NCBI GenBank assembly: GCA_973895155.1
Contig: OZ316898.1
Coordinates: forward strand, 12,237,187-12,301,186
From: Marsupella aquatica
Lineage: Eukaryota; Plantae; Marchantiophyta
Length of the DNA stretch: 64,000 nt
Reading direction: 5' to 3'
The position numbers and the translations under genes are program-made. The notes under the pieces were generated by a model. The model searched no databases. It saw nothing but the letters and a program-made list of their open reading frames with translations, and was not told the DNA's origin. Below are positions 50,034-62,623 of this stretch, piece by piece (position 1 is the stretch's first letter; each line of letters starts with the position of its first letter).

Positions 50034-53000
50034 ATTTCTTGCTGGGGAAGGTGAGAAAACAACTCTTTCATTGGTCCAATAGAAGCCTCACTATGGCGGG
50101 CCAGATCATCTTGTTGAAACATATTCTTTGGGAAATTCTGGTTTACCACCTGATGACTACTGAGCTCCAGAAGTCCAGTTATCGGGAACTGGAGAAACTG
50201 TGCAGAAGATTTCTATGGGGAACCAATCAATCCCAAGGCAATAAAAAAGCCCTCGTTGCATGGAAAGACTTAGCAGCACCAAAAGAAGTGGGGGGAATTG
50301 GCATTCTACCATTTGAGGAACAAGCTCAAGCACTGAAGATGCGTCACATCACAAAGATACTCAACGAAGAGAAGCGCGAATGGACGAAGATGGCTGCTGA
50401 CATCATTGTAAAAAAAATGAGAGTGGGACCAGGAAAGAAAACAAGACGGGGGTGGAGCCCCACGGAAGCCCCTCTGCTATGGGACAACATTGCTGTCAAA
50501 GGCTCACCAACTATGAAGGGGTTACTGAGAGGTTGGATAGCAAAACGGCAACATCTAACTTTCAATTACAAAGACGGCAAACTTCCATCGTCCCTTACTA
50601 CTGAACACTTGGTCCTGTTGTTCTCCTTCAACTCTCCCCTTGGAGACCAACAAGGCGTGGCGCTGAGAAGGTATCTGGCGGCAAGAGGAGTCAATAAGGT
50701 GATTGATTTGTGGTCGCCACAGCACGGATGGCTGGAGGTGAACCAGATCACCTCCAGGATCAGATCCCACCGTCACAATGGAACTGATATCTTTAACAGC
50801 TTCTTTGGGCAGCTACGATTGTGCCCTGGCATTGATGACCTGCGCCTGTCGGAGTGTGTTGGCTGGCAATGGAAGTGGCCAGGGAAAAACAAGGGTTGGA
50901 GATTCCCAAATAAAGTGTGGACTAGCTGCGATGCAACTGAGAGTCAGGATGTAACCAAATTGAATAGGTGCTGGGGACAACTGAGCCTTCCGAACTGTTG
51001 GCAAACCAGATGGAAAAAACTTTAGGAATGATGGTCCTTCCCTAAGGTGAGATTCTTCATATGGAGACTTCTCAACCACGGCTTCTACACCAATGGTAGA
51101 GGGAGCCAGTGGCAGATGAGTGACGGCATTTGCTCACGATGCAAGTTATGTTTTGAACACACAGATCACTTGTTCTTCAATTGCAACAAAGTCAAGGAGA
51201 GATGGCAGGAGGTGAAACAACTGGTGAAGGACCACCCCGCTGTCCGGGTGACCGTGTTTTCTGACAAGAGCATGTTGGCTCTTTTGAAGTTAACCTTGCA
51301 TGCTCATAAGTTCTACACTAAAATCAAAATGATAATTCTAGTAACAAGGGTAGTGGGTATTAAGAAAGGTTCAGGTGAAACTAAAATACTGTTAAACCCT
51401 ACTTCACCATACTTGCGGACCAACACATCACGAAAATTAGTTTTCTTACGACATATGATCCTAATATCTCCAAGAGAAAATGAAACAGGAATATCATTCG
51501 GATTCCTATTCAGATCCATGACTTCAATAAAGGACAAAGATGATGCACTCCCACTCCTCTCGGTACGACACCACTGGGTATATTATTGGCTCGTTAGAAA
51601 CCATAACAGCAATTGCAAACTGAGCTCCAAAATGATAGGTTAGATGTTGCCTCATTGATGGTTTGTCTAAAAGATGGACTCTAATCAAAAACGGATTACG
51701 AAGGGAAAGATCAGGGATAACTCTCTCTCCTGGATTCATGATGGCTCTCCTATTCCTTTGCTATCCGGGCCAAAGGACGCCCCACCCCTATATTCCCAAA
51801 GAAACCTTATTCCCTAAGGTCCCATCTATAAGTCTACCACTCATTCCTTTGCTATCCAGGCCAAAGGACGCCCCACTACTATGTTCAAGGCACAAAAGAG
51901 CTTCACAACCTTGAATGATAAACACTGCGGAATGAGGGGAGAGTGCCCCTCACCACTTTATTTATAGTGCACACCAAGAGGGCATGGATCAAGCCCAAGC
52001 ACTTGGATGAAAGCCAAGTGTCAAACATCTAATACCTAAGAGTGTGCTAGTACTGTTCATAGTTGGTGAAACTACTTTTAGTAAGTGGAACTACCATGCG
52101 TTGGTGGAACTACTATGTGTTGGTGGACCTACTATGCGTTGGTGGACCTACTGTGCGTTGGTAGAACTACTATGCGCTGGTGGACCTACTGTGCGTTGGT
52201 AAAACTACTATGCGTTGGTGAATATTATTGTAGTTGGTGGAACTACTCATATGCATTGGTGGAACTACTATAGTCCGTTAATATAGCTAAAGAAGTTTAA
52301 TAAAGTTTAAATTTAATAATCTAACTACTAAATTACTTATATAATCTATAGCATATTAAAACAAATAATTTTTTATAACTTAAGAGAAAATCATGACACC
52401 GCTCTAAATTTCCCTGTTGATTCCTTGTTTAAAGCGCTCAACTTCGCCATTCAAAATGCTAAGCGGAAACCGGGACTGTTGATCATCATCATGGAGATGT
52501 GTAACAATATCTAGAACGAAAGGAACACCTCCACGTATTCCCACTTCCTGGGCTCCCTGGTTGGGTTACACTGCTCAAGGCACTCAGTTAACCACCTTAA
52601 GTCCATGACTGACTGCTGCCACTCTGCTAAGAAAGGTAGACAGCTCAAGAACGCCATAGGACAATTGCAGATTGCTCTTCAACCATGGGAGACGACTGAT
52701 ATCCCTGTTTCCTTGTGCGATAATGACGATGACAACAGTGGAGGATGATTTGGGTGTTTGGTTTGGTCTGTGTGACACTGATGCCTATTGTGAGGGTGTG
52801 GTTGTGAGCCACACTGGTGTGGCTACCATGGGTGCTTCGACGGTGACATCGTTCGTTTCTTTAGCCCTTGGCTTGCTTTGAGGTCCCTGTGGAGTAGTCT
52901 GTCCGTGTCCCTCTGTGGGACTTTGCTTAGCACTGGTTGTGTTCCCTTTCTGGACTTGCCCATGTGGGCCTCTTAGGAGGGCTGGTGGTGCTGGTTTGGT

Positions 53001-53114
53001 AGGTACGGGCCTCGTTTGCTGTTGGCCGCGGTGTGTGCCCTCTGGGTGGCGTTTGTCCCCGTGAGTGGCTTTTGGGTTGGGGCCCTTTTCCCCATTTTTT
53101 GGTAAAAAAAAAAA
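50034..53114 (+). mobile_element. 5'-truncated L1-type LINE (post-RT region, zf-RVT, 3' UTR, poly-A)
   Basis: Motifs WSNRSLTMAGQIILLK, RRFLWG, LVAWKDLAAPKEVGGIGI, KVRFFIWRL, CSRC..EHTDHLFFNC and I*NERN. Poly-A from 53104. 14-bp TSD AACTATCAAATTAA at 50020-50033 and 53115-53128. Confidence 0.92.
51241..52398. mobile_element. Solo-LTR-like insertion (1158 bp) in the LINE ORF2
   Basis: TGTC...GACA termini; 4-bp TSD CCGC (51237-51240, 52399-52402); removal restores DHPALNFPVDSLFKAL in frame; internal ~19-bp tandem repeats at 52060-52270. Confidence 0.85.
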
Positions 53115-53357
53115 AACTATCAAATTAATGACAACTCCAAGCATTTACATTGGACAAGCTAATCAAGTCGGAACTTGTCTTATGCTTGGTTGAGTTTGTC
53201 TACAACAATTCAATTGTAGAGTATTTGGTACTCTTGAAATGATATCACTCCATGAAGCAATTTGAAAACCAATTGCAAGCCTCACTCATTGTGTTGAGAT
53301 TCTTCAAAGTTTTGAAACCTCTTGCACAAGGATGTTATATCTTAAAGCGAGGAGAAT

Positions 53358-53721
53358 TGTAATAATTTGAAATATGTCTCAATTACTCTTATAAAAAATC
53401 TTAGAATGTTCCTCAAAGATGCTTCCTAACCAATGAGGTAACTTGAGATAGAAAAAATGATGGAAATGGATGTACAGGTCACGTACAAGAAAAGAACTGT
53501 AGAAAACTGAGTGAAGTGTGTTATGAAAAAGTTTGGATAAGGTTACTGGTGAGGTGTGCTAGTAAAGAACTTTAAAAAGTTCACAAAATACTTTAGCTTC
53601 TGGGAGAAGCCTTGTACCAAACACTATAAAAATGAAATGAAAAATAAGTTCAAATTCATTTGGAGTTTTGATCAGTAAGAGTTGCTTGTACATGTGTACG
53701 AATGTTTGACCAAAGTAAGAG
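53358..53721 (+). mobile_element. LTR-like repeat preceded by a PPT-like tract (probable 3' LTR of the Gypsy remnant)
   Basis: aaagcgaggagaat|TGTAAT downstream of the integrase remnant. Confidence 0.5.
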
Positions 53722-54867
53722 GAGACGAGAGGCAAAGAGATAGAGTTGAGATTTTACAAATGTTCTCCAATGGCTTGTGGTCAATCTCTCCCTATTTTCC
53801 TCCTCCACCCTCACCTTTAGCTATACTCCCTCACCTTTAGTAATTTCCCCAATCATCATCGAAAGGCAGGCATCATCTAGAGGCTTTATCTAGAAAATAG
53901 GCTTTGGATTTACACTCTGACCGTATGAATAGATTGTTTTGCTCATGTATCTAGGTAAGGTACAGTAGTTGTAGTAGCTTTTTATTACTATTTGAGTAAC
54001 CTTTTCCACCATAGCTATGCCCCCAAGGTCTACTGTCTAGAAGTGTCTAGAGTCTCTACACTAGATATCTCTAGAGTGAGTCTCTACTCTCTAGACTACA
54101 TGACAAGGACATGAATGAACTACTGTAGATGTTTCTAGAATCTAGAGTGAAGTCTCTAGACTACTCAAAACCATTTGAACCTGAATAGTTTATTTACACT
54201 AGTTTTTGAGCACATCGTTTGAAAACCATTTGAATGTGAATGGCCTTTAGATCTTGAACTTGAAAAAGTGTAGTTTAGAGAATCATCAGTTTTTGGGACA
54301 ATAGCTTTTTCACGTGACCTGTATTTCCGTTATTAATTGAAAACGAACGGCAGTGAGACTTGAGACCACTCAGACCAGACTGGCAGACTCCATAGCCATC
54401 GAAACTCGCAACGTTTCATTACTGTGCACGAGTGGTGCGCCGAATTGAAATGGTTGATTCCTGTACAACGGTGGTGGCAGTTGGCGAATTGGAAAGGACG
54501 CCGGTAGAGTGGCCTCGGGTGACTGCGAATTCGATTAGTGTCGAACTCGGATGAGTTGGCGATGTCGATGGATAGGCGCCAGACCGCGTGGACTAGCAGG
54601 AATTGTCGTTTTTAGGTTTTGTTCCGTTTTTCCCGAATGTGTTCCGCGATTGAGTGGACAATCGTCCAATCGTCCAATCGTCGAGAACTGTGGTCCAGGG
54701 TGGATTGATCTCCTGATGCTCGCTTATCTCTCACGCTCTAGCGCGTTGCGCAAGTGAAGTAGTGATGGAGGGGCTGATTTGCAGTTATTATCAGTTCGTC
54801 AATGGTCTGTTATAACTTGTTGCTGTCTGGCACTCTGTCGAATTGCGTTGGTGCGGTCTTTTTCGAC

Positions 54868-55827
54868 ATGGCCGGGAAACTATCCCAGCCGGGATGTTAC
54901 TCGAACACTGGTGCCAGAAGTGGTCGGACTCTTGTGAAGCTCGAGATTGTTCTTCCAGAGAACAATAATAGACAGGGAGCGAACGGGAGGTTTTCTCCGA
55001 TTGGTGTGAGAAGGGAGGAGAAGAAGGCAGGGAAGAAGAAGGGCAAGAAGATTTTAGGGAGGAAATGTTCGTTTCTGCAGTTCGATTCGAAGGCCGTAAG
55101 GCCCAACTTCAAGAACGCTACGGAAGGTGTCGACGCTGCCCTCAGGAAATTCCAGAGCCTGCGGGTCACTAATACTCCACGGGGTGAGCAGGTCTTAGCG
55201 GCGATAAAAAACATGTATCCTCATCTGATAGTGAACAAGAGACCTGTGGAAGGGCATGTGCCCGGGGTGGAAGTGGGGAGATGCTTTGAGTCTAGAGCAG
55301 AGCTTTGCCTCGTGGGACTTCATCGGTTGCCCAGGGCAGGAATCGACTGGAAGGACATTATCACCAAAGATGGCAACAAGACCAGCATTGCTATTAGTAT
55401 CGTAGTTTCTGGAGGATATGAGGATGATGTCGACGAAGGCCACACATTGACATACACAGGAGAAGGCGGCCAAGACGACAGAGGTCGGCAATGCGCCGAC
55501 CAAAAGATGGAAGGCGGGAATATGGCATTACGCAATAGCCACACTGTGAAGAATTCAGTTCGAGTCATTAGGGGTCGACCCGAACCTGAATTTAGCAATC
55601 CGAACGCGATGCTGTATTCCTATGACGGCCTCTACAAGGTTGAGAGCTGGAAGGCGGACATAGGGCTTTCCGGTTTTAAAGTATATAAGTTCAGGCTGGT
55701 TCGAGAGGAAGGGCAGAGACCTCTCCGATGGCAATTTCCAGTGAGTTCCCCGCGCACCAAGGTGTCACGCGGATTCCAGTCTCCGCCGAGAAAGCGTTCT
55801 GGCGATCAAATTTGTCCCCGGCACTAA
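54868..55827 (+). CDS. Stand-alone SRA/YDG domain protein, SUVH4/KYP-type SRA without pre-SET/SET (alternative ATG at 54802; C-terminus may be spliced at 55740)
   Basis: Intact ORF with GHVPGVEVG..FESRAELCLVGLH..AGID, IAISIVVSGGYEDD, YTGEGG, DQKMEGGNMALRNS, VRVIRG, YSYDGLYKV and VYKFRLVREEGQ; Lys-rich NLS-like segment. Confidence 0.9.
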   Translation: MAGKLSQPGCYSNTGARSGRTLVKLEIVLPENNNRQGANGRFSPIGVRREEKKAGKKKGKKILGRKCSFLQFDSKAVRPNFKNATEGVDAALRKFQSLRVTNTPRGEQVLAAIKNMYPHLIVNKRPVEGHVPGVEVGRCFESRAELCLVGLHRLPRAGIDWKDIITKDGNKTSIAISIVVSGGYEDDVDEGHTLTYTGEGGQDDRGRQCADQKMEGGNMALRNSHTVKNSVRVIRGRPEPEFSNPNAMLYSYDGLYKVESWKADIGLSGFKVYKFRLVREEGQRPLRWQFPVSSPRTKVSRGFQSPPRKRSGDQICPRH

Positions 55828-55861
55828 CAAACGAGGGGATACTACCGGAGCACGTCCTCTT

Positions 55862-56110
55862 GAGCCGAAGCAATTTTGTAGGATGTACAGTAGGTGAGTC
55901 AGCCGTGTAGACTGCATCACCGTGCATGGTGCAGAAATGGTTTTCTCGAGCCGAAGCAATTTTGTAGGATGTAGGATAGGTGAGTCAGCCGTAGAGAATG
56001 CACCGTGTATGGTGCGGAATTTTTCTCGAGCCGAAGCATATTTTGTAGGATGTACAGTAGTTGAGTCGGCCGTTGAGAATGCATTAACGAGCATGTTGTG
56101 GAATTCTTTC
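55862..56110. repeat. Three 80-86-bp tandem repeats immediately 3' of the SRA ORF
   Basis: gagccgaagca.ttttgtaggatgta... at 55862, 55948 and 56028. Confidence 0.85.
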
Positions 56111-56944
56111 GTACACGTGTAAATACCGATCCATACGGCCAGTTTGAGCCAGTTTTGAGTCCCCGTAATGGTGCGTCGGCTCCCTCTTTTGTTTTCTCAA
56201 TGGGTTGCATCTCCCGTGTTCGAGTCGCGTGTCGGCCTGTGAAGGTGAACGGGTGGTTGACCGTCTCACAAGTCTGTGATACCCGGTTACAGCCCACTTC
56301 TACCACCCTACCCTACCCCTTGTCCTCTCTCGTCGTCAATGGACTCAGATCACATTGCTTTTGTGGGAGTCGAAGTCCTGGTTTGTTCAGAAGTGGTCAC
56401 TGAATGTGCTGGTTTGGGTCGGGGATCGGTCGATGGCTGGAAGGTGAGCAATTAGAGCAGATGATTTTGAGAATGGTTTGGAAAGGGCATTGGTCGATGT
56501 TGGACTGGTGGGATCTTTAGATTTACTTTCGTCTCAGTCGCTAAGAATGACGGAGTTCTTCCAGCTCTTCCAGAGAGTGACTATCGATGGCGTAACGGAC
56601 GTTACTCAAAACATTTTATGAAGGACGTCCGTAATCATGTGGCTGCAAAGAACTGCCTCTGCTCGGGCACGAACAGCATTGCAACACGTTGTGTCTCTAG
56701 AGCTAAAGAAGCAATGCTTCTGTACTTTTCCCTGCTATAAAGTGGACTCATTACTTTCCAAAGCGCTTTTTCTCCAATAAATACAGTGGTCTCGTCACTT
56801 TCCAAGCCAAGGCAACGCAGTGTCTCGCAGCTAAAGGAGTTTTGCTCTCTAGGTAGAATGCTTCATTGACTGGTGCACGAAAGGATAGATGGGGTTTCAT
56901 GTTTTCTTCCTAACGAGTGATCACATTTGGTCGAAGGCCAAACT

Positions 56945-57710
56945 GCATTGGCATCGATTGGTGTGAACGAACTGGTACTGTTAGCCATAACCATCATTGT
57001 AAAGATTCAATCTCGAACGAAGCTGCCTCGGTTCCACACTCATGAATGCTTTCTTGAGGGTTTGCAGATTTCTTTGGCACGGATTGGTATGAACGAACTG
57101 GTACTGTCAGCCATTACCATCATTGTAGATATTCAATCTCGACCACACTCATGAATGCTTTCTTGAGGGTTTGCAGATTTCTTTGGCATGGATTGGTATG
57201 AACGAACTGGTACTGTCAGGCATTACCATCATTGTAAAGATTCAGTGTCGAACGAAGCTGGCTGGGTTGCATACTCATGAATGCTTTCTTCAGGCGTTGT
57301 AGATTTCTGTGGCATTAAATGGTATGAACGAACTGGTACCGTCAGCCAGGCCCACCATTGTAAAGATTCAATCTGGAACGAAGCTGCCCAGTTCAATAAG
57401 AAGCTGCCCACACTGATGAATGTTTTTTTCAGGTTTTGTAGATTTCTTGGCAGTGATTGATAGAAACGAACCAGTACTGTCAGCCAGTTCCATTATTGTG
57501 AAGATTTTACCCGGAAAGAAGCTGCCCAGGTTCCATACTGATGAATGTTCTTTTCAGGTTTTGCAGATTTCTGGCGGAAGTGATCGATCCATTTGATTGT
57601 GGACAGGAGAGCACCTGATCCACACCGATGAATGCTTTTTCCAGAATTTGCAGATTTATGGCGAGATTGATTGATCCGTCTGATTGTGGACAGGAGAGCA
57701 CCTGATAGAC
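56945..57710. repeat. Tandem array of ~105-140-bp units (about 7, progressively diverged)
   Basis: Recurrent aacgaactggtactgtcag...atgaatgctt...ttgcagattt. Confidence 0.85.
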
Positions 57711-60040
57711 GACCAACAACTGTGATGAGCCTTTTGTGGTGTTCTAGACAAACTGAGAATGAGATTTGCTCTAGAACGTTCTAGAATACAGAGCTTTAGT
57801 TGATTTAGTTCTAGAGCAAAGAGCTTTGTTCTAGAACGTTCAAGTTTGTTCAAGAACGTTCTAGAGCAAAACAGCTCAGTGTTGCTGCTGATCCCAAGAA
57901 TGGAAAATAGAAGGAAAAAACTATTTTTAAAAATACACAAGAATTATTGTTACTTTGTACTCAAGATCATCCAGTTTCTTACTAGCAATTTAAGGAAAAA
58001 TGGAAAGGACCAATTCTGAAAAACAGGGGAAAATATGTGTTATTAGGATTCAAAATCACTATTACCTCTAACTCAAATTCTGGCATTAACACTAGTTATG
58101 GTGAACAGTGTAGCTATGTACTCGGCAGGAGCCCAAATAGATCTCCCTTATAAAAAAGATCTCCCTTATAAAAAAACCCAACAATTCTTGTCTAACATAC
58201 ATTTTTGTGAAACTTTTCATTTCTTCTCTCATGAGCATACAATACATACTTACAATGAGTCATGATAACTTTCATGGGGCAAGTTTAGCATAAAGGTTGT
58301 TTGCAGACCTTATGGACCTTGCTCACTTTAAATCAGATCTCGTCTTCACCCTCCCGCGGGTTCTTCTCCAGATGTCTCAACTAATCCTATGATTTTGTCA
58401 TGAAATCCTGATATAGTAATTAACTTACAGCTCTGTAAGTTGCCATTGAAGTAGATTGCAAAAAAACAACTTTTCATTTGTAATAACCTTGTAATCAAAA
58501 CCTCCATGAATGAACGAGCAAGTTTGTAAGACAATGAGTAGAACACACCCTTCATTGTGTAAATCAGCACGCTAGAAGATCCTAGGGATCATTTATGATA
58601 TCAATTTTTAGATTGCCAGTTAATCTGGTAACTTTTCCTTCAAAAACTCCAATTCTAATGGCAAATAAGAGCTGGTCATACACAATTTCACAGGTGTGCG
58701 ACCTTCTTTGCGATGACAACTTTGTACTCAGTTCCATTCAGCAGTTGCACTTTCTTGTGTGATGTGAGGTTGGAACATATATCTGCCACACCTTGATTTA
58801 AGTAGCCCTCTTATTTGACATGGTTTGCAACATATGCATCAAAAACTGGATCCAGGGCATTAAATGTATGATATGTGGACACTTCGTAATATCAACTTTT
58901 CCTGGTCTTGGAGTTAGAGTTGTGAGGGTAAATGTTATCCAACTTGATCAGCAGCTGAAAATGGACATTATGATCAATCCCTAGAAGAATTTTAGCCTAA
59001 TAATTAACAGAGTGAAGGGGGTGTTCTACCCAATGCCACTAGATTACGCTTTTTGTTTGGTCATTGACATTTATGTTTTGAAGGTCATTGCAGGAATTGT
59101 ATAAAACACATGCAGGGAAAGCTGTTGCTCAGAGCTGCTGCACCACTCACTGCAACTTACAGAGGAATAGGTTATGTAGTATGTCAATTTTACAACAGAA
59201 TCACCAGACATAAAATTTCCCAGATACACAATGTTGTTGTTTATGCCAAACTAGTCATGAAATACTCATTTTGAGCTTTTTTTATGTTGGCCACAAAGCT
59301 ACCGGCTCACAAAAAACATTATTTTCACCAATTTTTCCTCTGGTTAAGTGTGTCGATCTGATCGACCCTAAACATAAAAAATAGCATAGCAGTCACAGCT
59401 TCGTTCAACAAGGTGTAGAATGAAGCTTGGGCTCCTTGTACATTTGAAGCAAATTACACTCTGCGCGACTTTCAAATTTTGACACTGACTCCAGGACGAC
59501 ATATTATCATACAGCAAATGACAACACTGGAAAACGTCAGGAGGAATGAATTGTATTATTTTTGTCTAAAATCGTTCAGTTTATATTGCTCCTGAAATAA
59601 ACATTTGCAGCCTGTCCTCCAAACGCTCTTGGGACACACAGAACAATGCTGGATGATAAAATGTCGTCAATTACAATCAGGATGAATCATCCACAAAAAT
59701 GGAGTAACAACATTCGTCCAAAATAACTCGCGCCAGGTGTTGCGGAGGTGAACAGTCCGCAGTAATCAGTAGTGTAACCCTCAACTTTCATGACACTCTA
59801 CGACATGCTTCTAAAACAGAGATTGGCTTCAGTTTCCCCATTTCAAACACAGTGCTGATTTGCTGCAATTAACTCCCCTCTCCAATGCTCCCCTTAGCTT
59901 TGCGTAAATCGAAGCACGAAAGATCGATGGATTTAGCTTTTTGAAAAAGCAGCTTTGTTTTCAATCAATGCTCAGCTAGTGCTTTGTGCCCAGAAGATTT
60001 CCAGCTCAAGTTTTGGAAAAAGTAATACTGTTGTACATTG

Positions 60041-62623
60041 CTATGCAGTGCTATTAGGAGACCTCAATTTCGAGGGGCCTGCTGCTTCCTCGACTACTGG
60101 ATTCTCCTCTTGCTTCAAGATTCCATTTAATTGAAAAATTCTCGAGCTCTCCTGCTCACTCAGCTTCTTATTCAAGATCAAATTTTCAGCATGGGCTTGT
60201 ACCAGACCCTCCACATTCATTCGTATTGTTTGACATATGCTATTGAGTGAGAGCATAGATAAAGGCTCTTCAATGAGGACGCCCACCTGGAATGATTATA
60301 AAGATCATATTTAGTGACAACACGACATAAAGTTTCAATGTCGACAAATTTGTGTGAGTTGTGCTGAAATGAGAATGAGCATAGACAAGAACAAAGTAGG
60401 TCAACATAAAGGGCAACAAACACTCAGCAGCACGTGCACAGTCCATTTGATTGGTCCACAATGAAGAAGGAAAAACACCGAACTTCTTAATTCGGATCTG
60501 ACAGGACCACTCAAGAATTCATCCAAGACAAGGAGAATGAATCAAAATGGCATCCACACGCCCACGGGCACATAAGGTGAGGACAACAACGGTACCTCTT
60601 CGATGCAGAAAAGGGCTCCGGCGCTAAAGAATGTGGCAGGTATCACAACCCAACTGCATTGATCCCATAACGCTAAAGGGAGTGCAGTGTGCCAAATCAC
60701 CAAGAATCTTGATGTCAAACGTGTGTATGATAAAGGAATTGGAGTCTTCAAAATGCGCTCACAGGTTCCCAAATTATCATGAAACTGAGTCATATTCCGA
60801 TCCTGGAGCAACTCAGATAAAACAGGTGATCAGGAAATGACAAAGAGAACACTTCTTGCAAGCAAACAGAGCAAGGAAGACCAAAGGATGCTTACCAGAA
60901 GGGCTCTTTGCATGTCTGACAAGCTGCAACTGCAGATTATTTCTGACATTGTCTGCAACATGTAGTTGGGTTTGTGAGGATACCCCAGAAGAAGTTCTAG
61001 CTCAATCTGATCAAGTAAACCTCGCAGGTCTTCTCTGAGGCTCCCGCCCCGAGTCAAATGATCTTTCAGACAGAATGGAAGAGCTACCTGCAAGCAAAAG
61101 TACCTGTCAACATGTGAAATTGCTAGATAAGCCACGAGTCCTTTAAAGGAGAGTATCTACTTTGAATTGTGAAAGTAGAGAGGGACGTAAAGTTGAACAC
61201 ACAATGGCGAGCAGAAAAACACAAACAGAAGCCCTACTATTTAAAATAGAGAAATGGCATTTCCAAGTGTTTTCTCTTAGAGTTAACAACCGCGACCCAG
61301 TGAAGGGATTTTCTTCCTCGGACGATATGATAGCAACAATTGCTTGCAGTTGAAGAAAATGCGTCCCTGTCCATTATATTGATGGAAAAGGGAGCTCACA
61401 CTTCTATTTCCAAGATACAACCTATTTCTCTAAAGGAGCTTGTGGATTACTTTCAGCATTGCTGTCAAAAGCATTTCCGTCACTTTATCCGAAACAATCT
61501 CTAGAAATCTAGTGCACAAATTTGAAAAGAACCAGTATCACTGTTCGTCTAGGTAAAATACTCCGCCATTATGCAGAGACGGATCAGAGTTAGTATGTCC
61601 TCCAATTTGACACTAACTTCAGAAATTGAGAATGAAGGAGCTCCTCTTATAACCGAGCTTTCAGTACAGGCTCGTTAAACAGTGGACTTCATCTTCTCCC
61701 CAATATAGTTCCTCGATGTCTAGTAATGAGGAACATCTGATTGCTCAAGGTTCCAGATGAGCAAGATGGAGAAAACCTTGAGCTTTGTTGCTGCAAAATT
61801 AGTGTACTCGAGTAGGGCACACTGTAGCTGGCAATTCGTGGCTCAAAACGTCAACACAGAACTATGTCAGTACTTGTGGGGTACTTACGCAATAGCGAAG
61901 CAGCCTGTCCCGTTTCTCCGAATCGGCAGGGAGCCGAATCCACGTGAGCGCTTGCCTTGAAAAATCCCGACTTCTGTTCACGTTCGATCCCCACGCTTTC
62001 TGGGCCTCGTCAAACCTCCCATAAGAGGCGTTAGTGCGGAACACCAGCAGGAGAGCCAACGCCGGAGCTGTGAGCTGGAATGGGAGGGATGGAACGTGAA
62101 GCAGGGGAACCCAGAACGGAAAACATTCGAGGAGTACAGCCTCATTGAAAGTAGCCACTATGGCTGCAAGGAACGTGAGCTTGAGCACCGGTGGTCCCAA
62201 GGACCGAATCACTCGAGAGGATGCAATTGACAAGATATGGCGGCTGTGTCTGTCGCTGCTCCGGTGCCTCGTCCAGTCCTCTTGCTCGAAAACGGTCCGT
62301 CTAAACATCATGGACTCATCCTTTTCAAGGTCCGCTGATTCTTCAAGACCCTCCTCGTCGTGAGCCATCGCCAGGGCCCGAATTCCAGCGCGGAGGCCCG
62401 CTTCCCTCTCCCATGGTGGCCGTTTGGGGCTAGTAGTGACGCCTCGGCGGAGACTCCTCTCAAACCTGCGCGAAATTCGGAAGGTCTGACGAAATGGCAG
62501 TCGTGCGAGGGCAGCAGCCGGCCATCTCGAATCCCCCATTTTGGCCCTGACAGTCCATAGGTTGTTGTTGCAATACCCGCTGATGCCCTCCACGAGATCT
62601 GCCATCACTAACGAATGCTGCAT
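60041..62623 (-). CDS. VCCN: VCCN/bestrophin-like (UPF0187) voltage-dependent chloride channel, probably plastid-targeted. Exons: 62623-61889, 61087-60896, 60802-60596, 60286-60041; start could be a downstream ATG
   Basis: Motifs WTRHRSSDRH, PFQLTAPALALLLVFRTNASYGRFDEA, CERILKTPIPLSYTRLTSRFL and CIEEVGVLIEEP; Arg/Ser-rich N-terminal extension; in-phase GT-AG introns. Confidence 0.93.

Larger units (their letters stand above)
49960..53215 (+). pseudogene. Ty3/Gypsy integrase remnant split by the LINE insertion (49960-50033 and 53115-53215)
   Basis: STFYDPKIDGQTKCVN resembles STAYHPQTDGQTERVN; after the LINE, LVEFVYNNS resembles AEFAYNNS. Confidence 0.7.

Noticed and set aside
49931-51643. 364-aa and 198-aa ORFs as host genes
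   Set aside because: Chimeras of Gypsy integrase, LINE ORF2 and solo-LTR sequence, as shown by the TSDs
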